Made by a program: the position numbers and the translations under genes
Shown here: positions 35,869 through 44,401 of the stretch, in pieces
Position numbering within the stretch: position 1 is the stretch's first letter
Layout of the letters: each line of letters opens with the position of its first letter
Assembly: GCA_005880985.1 (NCBI GenBank)
Contig: VBIQ01000024.1
Coordinates: forward strand, 6,429-70,428
DNA length: 64,000 bases
Reading direction: 5' to 3'
DNA from: Chloroflexota bacterium
GTDB lineage: Bacteria; Chloroflexota; Dormibacteria; Aeolococcales; Aeolococcaceae
The notes under the pieces: model-generated
Told to the model about the DNA's origin: nothing
Database searches by the model: none
What the model saw: only the letters and a program-made list of their open reading frames with translations

Positions 35869-37376
35869 GCCGGGTGGCCGCACGGTCGGAGGCACGACGG
35901 GGGGTTTCGAGGGCGGCGGAGTCGCAGGGGGCCGGGCGGCGGGGCGCACGACGGGGGGTTGAGTTGCGGGTGGCGGAGCGGTGGGGGGGCGGGGGGGGGG
36001 GGCGGGGGTGGGGGGGGGGCGGGGGGCGGCGGGGGGGGGGGGGTCGCGGGGGGCGGGGCGGTGGGGGGTGTCGCGGGGGGTTGAGTCGCGGGTGGGTGAG
36101 TCGCGGGTGGCGGAGCGGTGGGGTGAGTCTCCGGCGGATGGGCGGCTGGTGGCTCCGCCACCGGATGCGTTCCCGGCGTATGCGTCGGAGGAGCGTGTGT
36201 CGCCGGCGGCTCCACCCCTGGCGGATGCACGCCCGCCGGATGCACCGCCGGTGGCTGCGCCGCCGGATGCACCGGCGCCCCGGGGTGGTGCGGCGCGGTG
36301 GGCGCGACGTGATGCGGTGCGCCTGGGGCAACGTGGTGTGGTGGCGGCGCTGTGTGGGCCGGACCGGCAGGCGGCGTCGCCGCCGGTGTCTGCGCCGGTG
36401 GCGCAACCGGGTGCCCGGGCGCGGGGGTCGCGGGTGCGGACGGGGAAAGCGGAGAGATGCTGGTCGCCGCCGAGACAGCAGGTCCGCTCGCCACCGTGGC
36501 TGCGCCGCCGCCGAGAACGCTGGCGATCGGCAGCAGTGCCACCACCCCGACGGCAGCACCGCCGAGGACCGCGAGTCCCTGCTCCTCCCAGCCGTGCCCG
36601 TAGCCGCGGCGCGCGGCGTCCTCGAGCTCGCCGAGGAACTCGCCGGCGGTACCGAAGCGCTCGGCCGGGCTCTTGGCCATCCCCTGCCGGACCAGACTGC
36701 GCACCGGTTCCGGCACATCCTGGACAGGAACCGGAGCGCTCTGGTGCTGCAGCCGAAGCATGGCGTTGTCGCGGGCATCGAACGGGGGATGGCCGGCCAG
36801 GCACTCGTAGAGGACCGCCGACGCCGCGTAGACGTCGGTCTGCGGCGTCGCCTCGCCGGCCGCCCACTGTTCCGGGGCCATGTACTCCGGTGTTCCTGCG
36901 CGCCAGCCTCCCTCCCCGCGCCGGACAGCGATGCCGAAGTCGACCAGTCGGGAGCGCCCCGCCCCGTCGACGAGCACGTTTGCCGGCTTGTAGTCGCGGT
37001 GGACGATGCCGGCGCGATGGGCTTCTTGGAGGCCGAGCAGCGAGCCGCGCATCACCGCGAGCGCAGCCTCGGGGCGGGTCGGCCCCGACGAGATCAGCCG
37101 CTGCAGAGGCGCCCCACGCACGAGCTCCATGACGATCGCCGCAAGGCCGGCGGCCTCGATGTACTCGTAGAGGGCGACGATGTTGGGGTGTTGAATGGTC
37201 CGCAGCACTGCGGCCTCGGCCCGGAAGCGGTCGAGGAATGTCTCGTCGCCGAGGAACTCCGGGCTCAGCCGCTTGATGGCGACGAGCTCGCCCGTGGGTT
37301 CGTGGCGTGCGGCCTCGACGGTGCCGGTGGCGCCGGCGCCGAGCTCGGAGAGCGTGGTGTAGTCGCGGATCGGCAC
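35712..37376 (-). CDS. Hanks-type serine/threonine protein kinase with TM segment and His/Pro-rich plus poly-proline C-terminal tail (C-terminal end uncertain)
   Basis: Complete catalytic motifs are present: GxGxxG (LGAGATGTV), VAIK, HRD (IVHRDYKPANVLV), DFG (VDFGIAV) and APE (GTPEYMAPEQ). The TM helix is AVLGGAAVGVVALLPIASVL. After the poly-P tract the frame becomes Arg-rich, possibly out of frame. Confidence 0.8.
   Translation of the reverse strand: MPIRDYTTLSELGAGATGTVEAARHEPTGELVAIKRLSPEFLGDETFLDRFRAEAAVLRTIQHPNIVALYEYIEAAGLAAIVMELVRGAPLQRLISSGPTRPEAALAVMRGSLLGLQEAHRAGIVHRDYKPANVLVDGAGRSRLVDFGIAVRRGEGGWRAGTPEYMAPEQWAAGEATPQTDVYAASAVLYECLAGHPPFDARDNAMLRLQHQSAPVPVQDVPEPVRSLVRQGMAKSPAERFGTAGEFLGELEDAARRGYGHGWEEQGLAVLGGAAVGVVALLPIASVLGGGAATVASGPAVSAATSISPLSPSAPATPAPGHPVAPPAQTPAATPPAGPAHTAPPPHHVAPGAPHHVAPTAPHHPGAPVHPAAQPPAVHPAGVHPPGVEPPATHAPPTHTPGTHPVAEPPAAHPPETHPTAPPPATHPPATQPPATPPTAPPPATPPPPPPPAPPPPPPPPPAPPPLRHPQLNPPSCAPPPGPLRLRRPRNPPSCLRPCGHPACTLPGRARRVRPGSPRGGRDPAHLNHRRDRGRGAPPRDHVPAVDGTSTRRR
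35981..36080. other. about 100-nt near-homopolymeric G tract on the plus strand, coding poly-proline on the minus strand ([21 protein letters not shown])
   Basis: Lines 35981-36080 are about 90% G. They lie in the overlap between the kinase and vWA reading frames. The tract is slippage-prone. Confidence 0.9.
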
Positions 37377-37399
37377 CTGATCGTCTCAGCGGTCAGCAG

Positions 37400-37888
37400 T
37401 CACGGTGCCGCCTGGTGCGGGACCGGCGCGGTCGCCGCGGCCAGCCGATCGCACAACGCCGTCGCCTCGACGCTGAAGAAGGACGGGACGTTGATGCGCT
37501 TCACGCCGTTGGGGAAGCGCAGCTTGATGTACACGTAGCCCAGCCGCAGGGTCATCGCCGAGCCCCGGCTGAGGTTCCGCTCGGTCACGGCGACGTCGGT
37601 GCGCGGTGCGCTGAGCAGCAGCTCCTTGGCGGAGCCGACCCGCCACTTCGAGCCGCGCAGCACCAGCACGCGCCGATCGGTGAGAGCGACCACGTAGGAC
37701 GGCACGAAGAACAGCGACGCGATGAGGACCGGGATGACGCCGGCAAGAAAGAGCCAAGCCCAGGCCCACGGGTTGGGGCCGCCGATGGCTGGCATGGCGA
37801 CCACCGTGCTCTCTCCCGACTCGAGGAAGGGAGTGATGGCGGCGCCGAGGCGCGCACCGAGCTTCTCCCTGCGACTGGACATGGCCAA
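37400..37888 (-). CDS. small membrane protein with bacterial PH-like (YdbS/DUF304-type) domain
   Basis: 162 aa with two adjacent TM helices (PWAWAWLFLAGVIPVLIASLFFVPSYVVAL), then DRRVLVLRGSKWRVGSAKELL...VAVTERN. This matches the bPH_2 topology. Confidence 0.45.
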   Translation of the reverse strand: MAMSSRREKLGARLGAAITPFLESGESTVVAMPAIGGPNPWAWAWLFLAGVIPVLIASLFFVPSYVVALTDRRVLVLRGSKWRVGSAKELLLSAPRTDVAVTERNLSRGSAMTLRLGYVYIKLRFPNGVKRINVPSFFSVEATALCDRLAAATAPVPHQAAP

Positions 37889-38058
37889 ACCCCCTCTTGC
37901 GCCGCCCCTCTGCGGCCGCGGGTCATGGTACGGGCTGATCCGATCGATGACAACGCCCTGCGGGGGGCCCCGCGCTCCAACCGCCTCAGAAGCGGCTCAC
38001 CGCCGTGCCGGCTCCATGCTGCCGTGGATGCCGGTGACGAGTCCCGGTTGGACGAACC

Positions 38059-40359
38059 TCAGCGCGGCCTTCGAGGTGCCCGCCGCCGCCGGGTCGCCCC
38101 GACGGCGAGCAGGACGAGAACGGTCAGCCCGCCGGCGGTGACCGCGGGGGCGGCCCCGCCGCCACCATCGGCGACGCGGCCGAGCGTCGAGGCGGCGAGG
38201 CGATCCGTCGCGATTCCCTGGGGACCTCCGGCGCTCGCAGCAGAGGCCGGCGCGTGGGAGGCGGGGGTTCGCGTGAGGAGTGGGTGGGACGTTGGCGCCG
38301 CCCCGGCAGGATGGGCGGCGGGGGACACCGTGCCCGGCCACACTGCCTCAGCGACGCTGTCAGTCCCATCGACGACTCGCAGGGTGGCTGCCGGGCTGCT
38401 TCCGGAAGCGAAACGATGGGTCACCACCCGGCCGTCGGCGGCACCTCCGTCGGAGAAGCTCCAGCGCCATGCCAGCGGCACGCCGTCACCGCCGCTTGCC
38501 GCGCCCGCCAGGCGCCACAGACCCGCCCCAAGGTTGGTGGCAGACACCCGCGGCAACAACTGCGGGTACACGTGTACGCGCAGTGTCCAGTCGGGCGCGT
38601 TGCCGGCGGTGTCCTGGGCACGGAGCCGCACCCTGTAATCGCCGGGAGCGTAGGCGTGGGTGAACTGGGTTGCGGACCATGGTGCACCGCTGCCGTCGCG
38701 TACGGCGTGACTGCTGTAGGTGCTGCCATCGCCGAGGTCCCATTGCACCTCACCTTTGATCTGCGGCTGCCCCGGCAGGTTGACCGGCGAGGCGTCGTAG
38801 GGCTGAGAGACGTTGGAGTAGGCGGCCTGCAGGGTGGTGGTGAAGGTGCCGGTGGGCCCGGCGTCGCCGCTGCCCGCCGACGCCAGCGCCTGCAGCCCGG
38901 ACCGGAAGGCCGCCTGCCAGTCGGTGGGCAGCGGGTAGGGGATGCCCGGGGTGGCGCTGAAACCGACGGCGCGCAGCATCAACAGGTCGTTCTGAATGAA
39001 CTGGTCGCCGGCCTGGACGGCGACGTTGTACTGCAGATGGTCGGAGTGGTAGATGGTGGTGAAGGGCGTCACCCAGGCCGGGAACCAATAGCCGAGGTCG
39101 TCCTGGCCCTTGCTGAGACCGACCAGCATGTCGATGCCCTGCGTTGCCCGCAGCACGTTGAGGCGGATCTCGGGGAATGGCTCGCCCGGCATGCTGACCA
39201 GGCCCACCCCACCGATGCGCAGGGCGGTGACGTAGGTGCCGACGGTGTTCCCGATCAAGTAGGGCGGGGTGATCGAGCGGTCGATGGGGTACAGACCCGT
39301 CGACGAGCCGAGCTGCGCCTTCTGCTGGTCGGGCAGAGACCAGAGCAGGACCAGGCCGAGCAGCGCCGCGTTGTCGCCGGGAATGGTCACCAGCGTCTCG
39401 CTGCTGGCGATGGTCGGGTCGGTGACCCAGCGCGCCCGGGTCAGCGCCTCGGTGATCCGGTTCTCCACCACGCCCGCGTACCAGCGCATCTGACCGAGGC
39501 CCCCGACCTGGACGAAGCTCTCCTCGCGTCCCAGCGTGGCCGGCCCGACCACGGCGATACCGCCCAGCTTCGCCTGCAGGTCGTCGCGTACCGGGCCGAA
39601 GTAGTCCGCGCCGAGCTGTTTGATGCCGGCGCCGTTGACGATGTCGGGATGTGCCGGCACGCTCGCGAAGGTGGCCACGGTCGCGCCGCTCTGCGGATCG
39701 AGCGCGCGCAGCACGCTGACCTGGCCGTCCTGCGTCCATCCGGCGTAACTGTCGGTCTGCGCGGTGACGATGTTGTCGAGGTCCGGCGCCCAGATCGACG
39801 ACCACTGCAGGTGTGCCGGGCGGGCCTGGCGAGCCGCCTCGACCAGGGCGCTGACGCTGCGGTCGTGCACCTTCTTGAGATACGTCGGCGGCACCGGCCC
39901 CCAGATGCCCTCCAGCGTTGCCGCCGAGTGGCTGTGGGTGCCCTGGACGATGATGTCGGCGCGGCTCATCGCCGGGCCGCCGCCGAGCTTTGACATCTGC
40001 GCCGAGGCGATGTCGCGAACGCTGGTGATGCCGTAGTCGGGACCCTCCTGGTAGGCGGCGAAGTAAGCCTGGCTGTCGACCACGGCGATGGCGGCGGCGT
40101 GCCTGCCGTTGCTGACATAGAAGGCACGGACCTCGAGCGGTGCGTACTGCTGGGTCACCGGCGGGCTGTAGCCGAAACCACCGGAGTAGAGGGGCACACC
40201 AGGGTCGGGGTCGATGGACGCGACCGCCGCCCCGACCCGGAAGGTCGCCGGCTCGGGCGATGCCGCCGCCGTTCGCTGGGGCCCGACCGCGACGCCGACC
40301 GCGGCCGCCAATCCGAGACTTACGATCGCCGCCGGGACGATCCGCCACCACCGCATCAC
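38059..40359 (-). CDS. secreted neutral/alkaline ceramidase-like hydrolase with two PKD domains and C-terminal membrane anchor
   Basis: Signal peptide MMRWWRIVPAAIVSLGLAAAVGVAVG. A GTHSHS-type motif (IIVQGTHSHSAA) lies in a ~480-aa N-terminal domain. Two PKD-like domains follow (GEVQWDLGDGS...YRVRLRAQDTAGN and AWRWSFSDGG...TLRVVDGTDS). The C-terminus is a hydrophobic helix plus RRRRAPRRPR. The ceramidase call is tentative. Confidence 0.55.
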   Translation of the reverse strand: MMRWWRIVPAAIVSLGLAAAVGVAVGPQRTAAASPEPATFRVGAAVASIDPDPGVPLYSGGFGYSPPVTQQYAPLEVRAFYVSNGRHAAAIAVVDSQAYFAAYQEGPDYGITSVRDIASAQMSKLGGGPAMSRADIIVQGTHSHSAATLEGIWGPVPPTYLKKVHDRSVSALVEAARQARPAHLQWSSIWAPDLDNIVTAQTDSYAGWTQDGQVSVLRALDPQSGATVATFASVPAHPDIVNGAGIKQLGADYFGPVRDDLQAKLGGIAVVGPATLGREESFVQVGGLGQMRWYAGVVENRITEALTRARWVTDPTIASSETLVTIPGDNAALLGLVLLWSLPDQQKAQLGSSTGLYPIDRSITPPYLIGNTVGTYVTALRIGGVGLVSMPGEPFPEIRLNVLRATQGIDMLVGLSKGQDDLGYWFPAWVTPFTTIYHSDHLQYNVAVQAGDQFIQNDLLMLRAVGFSATPGIPYPLPTDWQAAFRSGLQALASAGSGDAGPTGTFTTTLQAAYSNVSQPYDASPVNLPGQPQIKGEVQWDLGDGSTYSSHAVRDGSGAPWSATQFTHAYAPGDYRVRLRAQDTAGNAPDWTLRVHVYPQLLPRVSATNLGAGLWRLAGAASGGDGVPLAWRWSFSDGGAADGRVVTHRFASGSSPAATLRVVDGTDSVAEAVWPGTVSPAAHPAGAAPTSHPLLTRTPASHAPASAASAGGPQGIATDRLAASTLGRVADGGGGAAPAVTAGGLTVLVLLAVGATRRRRAPRRPR

Positions 40360-40544
40360 AGGTTCCCTCGCCGGGTCTCAGCGCCTCGGGCACACACGCG
40401 TGCGTGCACTCGCGCACCGGATAAGACGCCGGCGGACGGCAAAACATGTCGTCGCCCGTGCCCGGGTCGATGGGGAACAGCCGTTTGCCGAAGGGTCCGG
40501 GGCAGCCGCTGGCGGTCCCCTGGCCGCCGTATCGTGGCCGCGCG

Positions 40545-41564
40545 ATGAGCCTTCGCGGCACGCTGTTCGCGGATCTCCCAGAGCGGTCGCGGCAGCTGCT
40601 GCGGGCCTGCCCGCAGCCGGAGTGGATCGCGCCGATGCTCGCCACCCTCACCCAGCGACGCTTCTCCGACCCGGACTGGATCTTCGAGCGCAAGCTCGAC
40701 GGCGAGCGCTGCCTCGCCTTCTGCTCCGGCCGCAGGGTGCGGCTGCTCTCGCGCAACCGGCTGCGGCTCGGAGGCACCTACCCGGAGATCGTCGACGTGC
40801 TCGAGAGCGGCCGCGACCACGACGTGGTCATCGACGGCGAGGTGGTCGCCTTCGAGGACGGCCGGACCAGCTTCTCCCGGCTGCAGAAGCGCATGGGGGT
40901 GACCGATCCCGATGCCGCCCGTCGCAGCGGCGTTGCCATCTTCTACTACGTGTTCGACCTGCTCCACCTCGACGGCTACGAGGTGACGCGCCTGCCCCTG
41001 CGCGACCGCAAGGCGCTGCTGCGGCGGGCGGTCCGCTACCGCGCGCCGGTCCGCTTCACGCTGCACCGCAACCGCGAGGGCGAGGCCTACTTCGCCGACG
41101 CCTGCCGGCGCGGCTGGGAGGGACTGATCGCCAAGCGCGCCGGCTCGTCCTATGCCTCGCGTCGCTCGCCGGACTGGCTGAAGTTCCGCTGCAGCAACCA
41201 GCAGGAGCTGGTGGTCGGCGGCTTCACCGACCCCAGCGGCACGCGCGTCGGGCTGGGCGCGCTGCTGCTGGGCTACTACGAGGACAACCGGCTGGTCTAC
41301 GCGGGGAAGGTCGGAACCGGCTTCGACGTCGCCACCCTGCGCAGCCTGCGGCAGCGTCTCGGCGAGCTCGAGCAGGCGCGCTCACCGTTCGCCGGCAGCC
41401 GAACCATCGGCGAGCGCGGGGTGCACTGGGTGAAGCCTCAGCTGGTCGCCGAGGTCGCGTTCACGGAATGGACCACCGATGGCCTGCTGCGCCATCCTCG
41501 CTACCTCGGCCTTCGCCGCGACAAGCCGGCGCGGGAGGTGGTCCGGGAGCGCACCGGGAGGTGA
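40545..41564 (+). CDS. ligC: ATP-dependent DNA ligase (LigD ligase-domain / LigC-type)
   Basis: The adenylation motif is ERKLDGERC (KxDG). VIDGEVVAF, LDGYE and EGLIAKRAGSSY are also present, with a conserved C-terminal OB region. The start is taken at Met34 of track ORF 40446..41564. Confidence 0.8.
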   Translation: MSLRGTLFADLPERSRQLLRACPQPEWIAPMLATLTQRRFSDPDWIFERKLDGERCLAFCSGRRVRLLSRNRLRLGGTYPEIVDVLESGRDHDVVIDGEVVAFEDGRTSFSRLQKRMGVTDPDAARRSGVAIFYYVFDLLHLDGYEVTRLPLRDRKALLRRAVRYRAPVRFTLHRNREGEAYFADACRRGWEGLIAKRAGSSYASRRSPDWLKFRCSNQQELVVGGFTDPSGTRVGLGALLLGYYEDNRLVYAGKVGTGFDVATLRSLRQRLGELEQARSPFAGSRTIGERGVHWVKPQLVAEVAFTEWTTDGLLRHPRYLGLRRDKPAREVVRERTGR

Positions 41565-42478
41565 GACCGCGCATCGAGGTGTCCCGCCCCGACAAGATGC
41601 TCTTTCCCGACGACCGGATCACCAAGGCCGAGCTGGCCGAGTACTACGCCGCGGTCGCCGAGGTGATGGTGCCGCACACCCGCGGTCACCCGGTGATGAT
41701 GCAGCGGTTCCCCAACGGCATCGACCGCCCCGGCTTCGTGCAGAAGGCGTCGACGCATGCGCCCGCCTGGGTGCACCTCGTCGAGGTGCCGAAGAAGGGC
41801 GGCACCGTCACTCACGTGATGATCGACGATGCGGCGACGCTGGTGTGGCTCGCCGACCAGGCGTGCATCACCCCGCATCTGCTGCTCAGCCGGGCCGACC
41901 GGCTGGACCGGCCCGATCGCCTGATCTTCGACCTCGACCCATGGGGTGACGACCCCGCCGGGGTCCGCACCGCGGCGCTGTGGTTGCGCGACCTGCTCAC
42001 CGATCTCGCGCTGCCGCCGCTGGCGATGGCGACCGGGTCTCGCGGCGTCCACCTGGTCATCGCCCTCGACCGCGCCGCCGGCTTCGACGAGACTCGCCGC
42101 TTCGCCTGGGACGTGGCGGACCTGCTGGCCCGGCGCCATCCCGATGCGCTGACGGTAGAGACGCGTCGCGCCGCCCGTAGAGGCCGCCTCTACCTCGACA
42201 TCCTGCGCAACGGCTACGCGCAGTCGACGGTCGCGCCCTACGCGGTGCGGCCGATCAAGGGGGCGCCGGTGGCGGTGCCGCTGCGGTGGGAGGAGGTCGA
42301 GGACAAGCGGTTCGACCCTCGCCGGCATACCCTGCGCACCACCCCCGAGCGGATCCGGCGCGACGGCGATCCGTGGGCGGGGATGACCCGGCGCGGGCGC
42401 TCGCTGCGCCAGCCGCGACGGCGGCTCGACGCCATGCGCGGCAGCGAGGGAGGCGTCAGCGCTTCGCCAGGCGCCTGA
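41561..42478 (+). CDS. LigD-type primase-polymerase domain protein (NHEJ polymerase)
   Basis: The GTG overlaps the ligase stop (GTGA). It reads ...FPDDRITKAELAEYY...MMQRFPNGI...LIFDLDP...GSRGVHLVIAL...YLDILRNGYAQSTVAPY, which is characteristic of PolDom. It is read from the C-terminal part of track ORF 40214..42478. Confidence 0.75.
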   Translation: MRPRIEVSRPDKMLFPDDRITKAELAEYYAAVAEVMVPHTRGHPVMMQRFPNGIDRPGFVQKASTHAPAWVHLVEVPKKGGTVTHVMIDDAATLVWLADQACITPHLLLSRADRLDRPDRLIFDLDPWGDDPAGVRTAALWLRDLLTDLALPPLAMATGSRGVHLVIALDRAAGFDETRRFAWDVADLLARRHPDALTVETRRAARRGRLYLDILRNGYAQSTVAPYAVRPIKGAPVAVPLRWEEVEDKRFDPRRHTLRTTPERIRRDGDPWAGMTRRGRSLRQPRRRLDAMRGSEGGVSASPGA

Positions 42479-43688
42479 CGCGGGAGGGAACGTGCGGCCG
42501 TGTCCGGCGACCGCGGCGATCGCTGTCGCCCGCCGTCGCCTCGCGCACGCGGGCGATGAGCACCACCCCGCGCACTCCCTTGAGGTGTCGCGGCAGAGGG
42601 CGCGACCAGGAGAACCGCCCCTTGGTCGCAGCGCGAAGCTCGGCGGTGCCGACCACCGTCCCCGGCCTGGCGACGGCGGTGATCCTGCTCGCCAGGTTGA
42701 CGACATGGCCGTACCAGTCGCCGCTGACGGGCACCGCCGGGCCGTGGGCGACGCCGGCGCGCAGCTGCGGAAAGTGCTCGCCCTCGGCGTCGACCGCAGC
42801 CACCAGGTTCAGCACATCCTCGACCAGCCGGCAGGCGTCGGGAGACACGAGCATCACCGCGTCGCCGACGTACTTGACGACCGTCACCGGCGGTGACACG
42901 ACGTCGCTGGCGAGCTCCCCGAGGCGCACGGCGACGCGACCGACCTCGTCGGCCTCGACCCGGGTGCCCATGCGGGTGAATCCGACGAGGTCGGCGAAGG
43001 CGACGGCGACGTCGCGCGACGCTTGGATCTGCCCGCTGACGCGCTCCTCCCGGCCGATGGTCTCCTGGCGGAGGGCCTCGCGGATGTGCAGGCGCAGCTG
43101 GTAGTCGACCAGTGGACCGATCAGTGGCATCAGCTCGTCGGCGGCCTGGGCATAGCGGGTCCCGAGCTCGTACTCGGTGTCACCGGGCTGGAGGTAGGTC
43201 TCGCCGGCGATTCGCAGGATCGCGCGCGCCGTGCTCGCCGCTCCCTGACCGGCGACGCGGGCGACCTCGAGCACGGACTCGAAGGGGATGCCGGCGTCGA
43301 GCAGGCGGCGGAGCCGGCGGGCGGCGGCCACGTCCCACGCGGTCAGCTCCTCGGGAGCCTGCGTCCCCGAGGCGCGCACGTAGGCGGCGAGCTCGTCCCG
43401 CCCGACACCGCTGTTCTTCTCGAGCGCCTCGTCCCCGTAGCGTCGCCTCCCGGCGAGGGCGATCTCGGCGGGAATGAGCGCGAGGCGGTCCTCGTCGACC
43501 GCCCGCTGCAGATCGGCTCGCGAGACGCCGGCCTGCATCAGCTCGCGCAGCAGCCGTCGCCGGGCGCGGCGCTCGGCCTCGCTGCGGGTGCCGCGGAGCA
43601 GGGGATCGCCGGCGGCGAGGCGGACCTGGCCGTCGGGGTGCCCACCGGTCCGACGCGTGGTCGCCGGCGGCTTGGAGGTACCGCTCAT
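42456..43688 (-). CDS. class III adenylate/guanylate cyclase with N-terminal regulatory region
   Basis: The C-terminal CHD domain reads VAVAFADLVGFTRMG...VKYVGDAVMLV...GVAHGPAVPVSGDWYGHVVNLASRI. Confidence 0.7.
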   Translation of the reverse strand: MSGTSKPPATTRRTGGHPDGQVRLAAGDPLLRGTRSEAERRARRRLLRELMQAGVSRADLQRAVDEDRLALIPAEIALAGRRRYGDEALEKNSGVGRDELAAYVRASGTQAPEELTAWDVAAARRLRRLLDAGIPFESVLEVARVAGQGAASTARAILRIAGETYLQPGDTEYELGTRYAQAADELMPLIGPLVDYQLRLHIREALRQETIGREERVSGQIQASRDVAVAFADLVGFTRMGTRVEADEVGRVAVRLGELASDVVSPPVTVVKYVGDAVMLVSPDACRLVEDVLNLVAAVDAEGEHFPQLRAGVAHGPAVPVSGDWYGHVVNLASRITAVARPGTVVGTAELRAATKGRFSWSRPLPRHLKGVRGVVLIARVREATAGDSDRRGRRTRPHVPSRVRRLAKR

Positions 43689-43749
43689 CGCTTAGAGTGT
43701 GCCGCCAAGGTGGTCACCGGCTCTTGCCGGTGGATGAGGGAGGACAACC

Positions 43750-44349
43750 ATGGAAACCAGGACCGACATCGGAGCCGCCTACGTGCGTGCGATCGAGCAG
43801 GCGACGAGGGTGGTGCAGGGCATCCGCCCCGATCAGCTCGAATCGGCCACCCCGTGTCGCGAGTGGAACACCCGCCAGCTGCTCACCCATCTGGTCGGTT
43901 CCAACCTGATGATGGCGGCGGCGGGCGCTGGCAAGCCCGTGCCCACGGGGATGAGCGGGACCGAGCACATCGCCCAGATGGGCGACGCGCTCGGCGACGA
44001 TCCGGTGGGCGCGTACCGGTCGGCCAGCTCGGAAGCGCTCGCTGCGTTCACCGCGCCGGGTGCGCTCGATCGGACCTGGAAGCTTCCCTTCGCCGAGGTC
44101 CCGGGCGCGGTGGCCCTCAACATCCACGTGATGGAAACCGTCGCCCACACCTGGGACCTCGCAAAGTGCACGGGACAGCTCGACAAGCTCGACCCGGCGC
44201 TTGCCGAGACGAGTACCGCGCTGGCCCAGGGCATCGTGCAGCCTCAGTTCCGCAACGACAAGGGCGACCCGTTCGCTGCCGAGGTCGCCGCGCCCGCCGG
44301 CGCCGCAGCCTATGACCGATTCGCCGCGTTCCTGGGCCGCACTCCCTGA
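43750..44349 (+). CDS. TIGR03086-family / DinB-YfiT-like metal-binding protein (mycothiol maleylpyruvate isomerase N-terminal-like)
   Basis: Family motifs are present: ...PCREWNTRQLLTHLVGSN...VMETVAHTWDLAKCTGQ... Confidence 0.6.
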   Translation: METRTDIGAAYVRAIEQATRVVQGIRPDQLESATPCREWNTRQLLTHLVGSNLMMAAAGAGKPVPTGMSGTEHIAQMGDALGDDPVGAYRSASSEALAAFTAPGALDRTWKLPFAEVPGAVALNIHVMETVAHTWDLAKCTGQLDKLDPALAETSTALAQGIVQPQFRNDKGDPFAAEVAAPAGAAAYDRFAAFLGRTP

Positions 44350-44401
44350 CGGCGACATCGGTCTAGCGGCGCGCGTCGACCCCACCCGATCGGCCCGGGC
44401 C

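Noticed and set aside
38750-40777. 675-aa minus-strand ORF overlapping the ceramidase-like gene in another frame; also 35799-37538(+) antisense to the kinase and 46510-48306(+) antisense to the GGDEF-EAL gene
   Set aside because: Frame-shifted or antisense overlaps of genes with clear domain content. The products are Arg/Gly-rich with no motifs.
40214-42478. 754-aa plus-strand ORF as one LigD fusion
   Set aside because: Its N-terminal 450 codons are an out-of-frame read-through overlapping the ligase gene. Only the C-terminal 305 aa show PolDom motifs.
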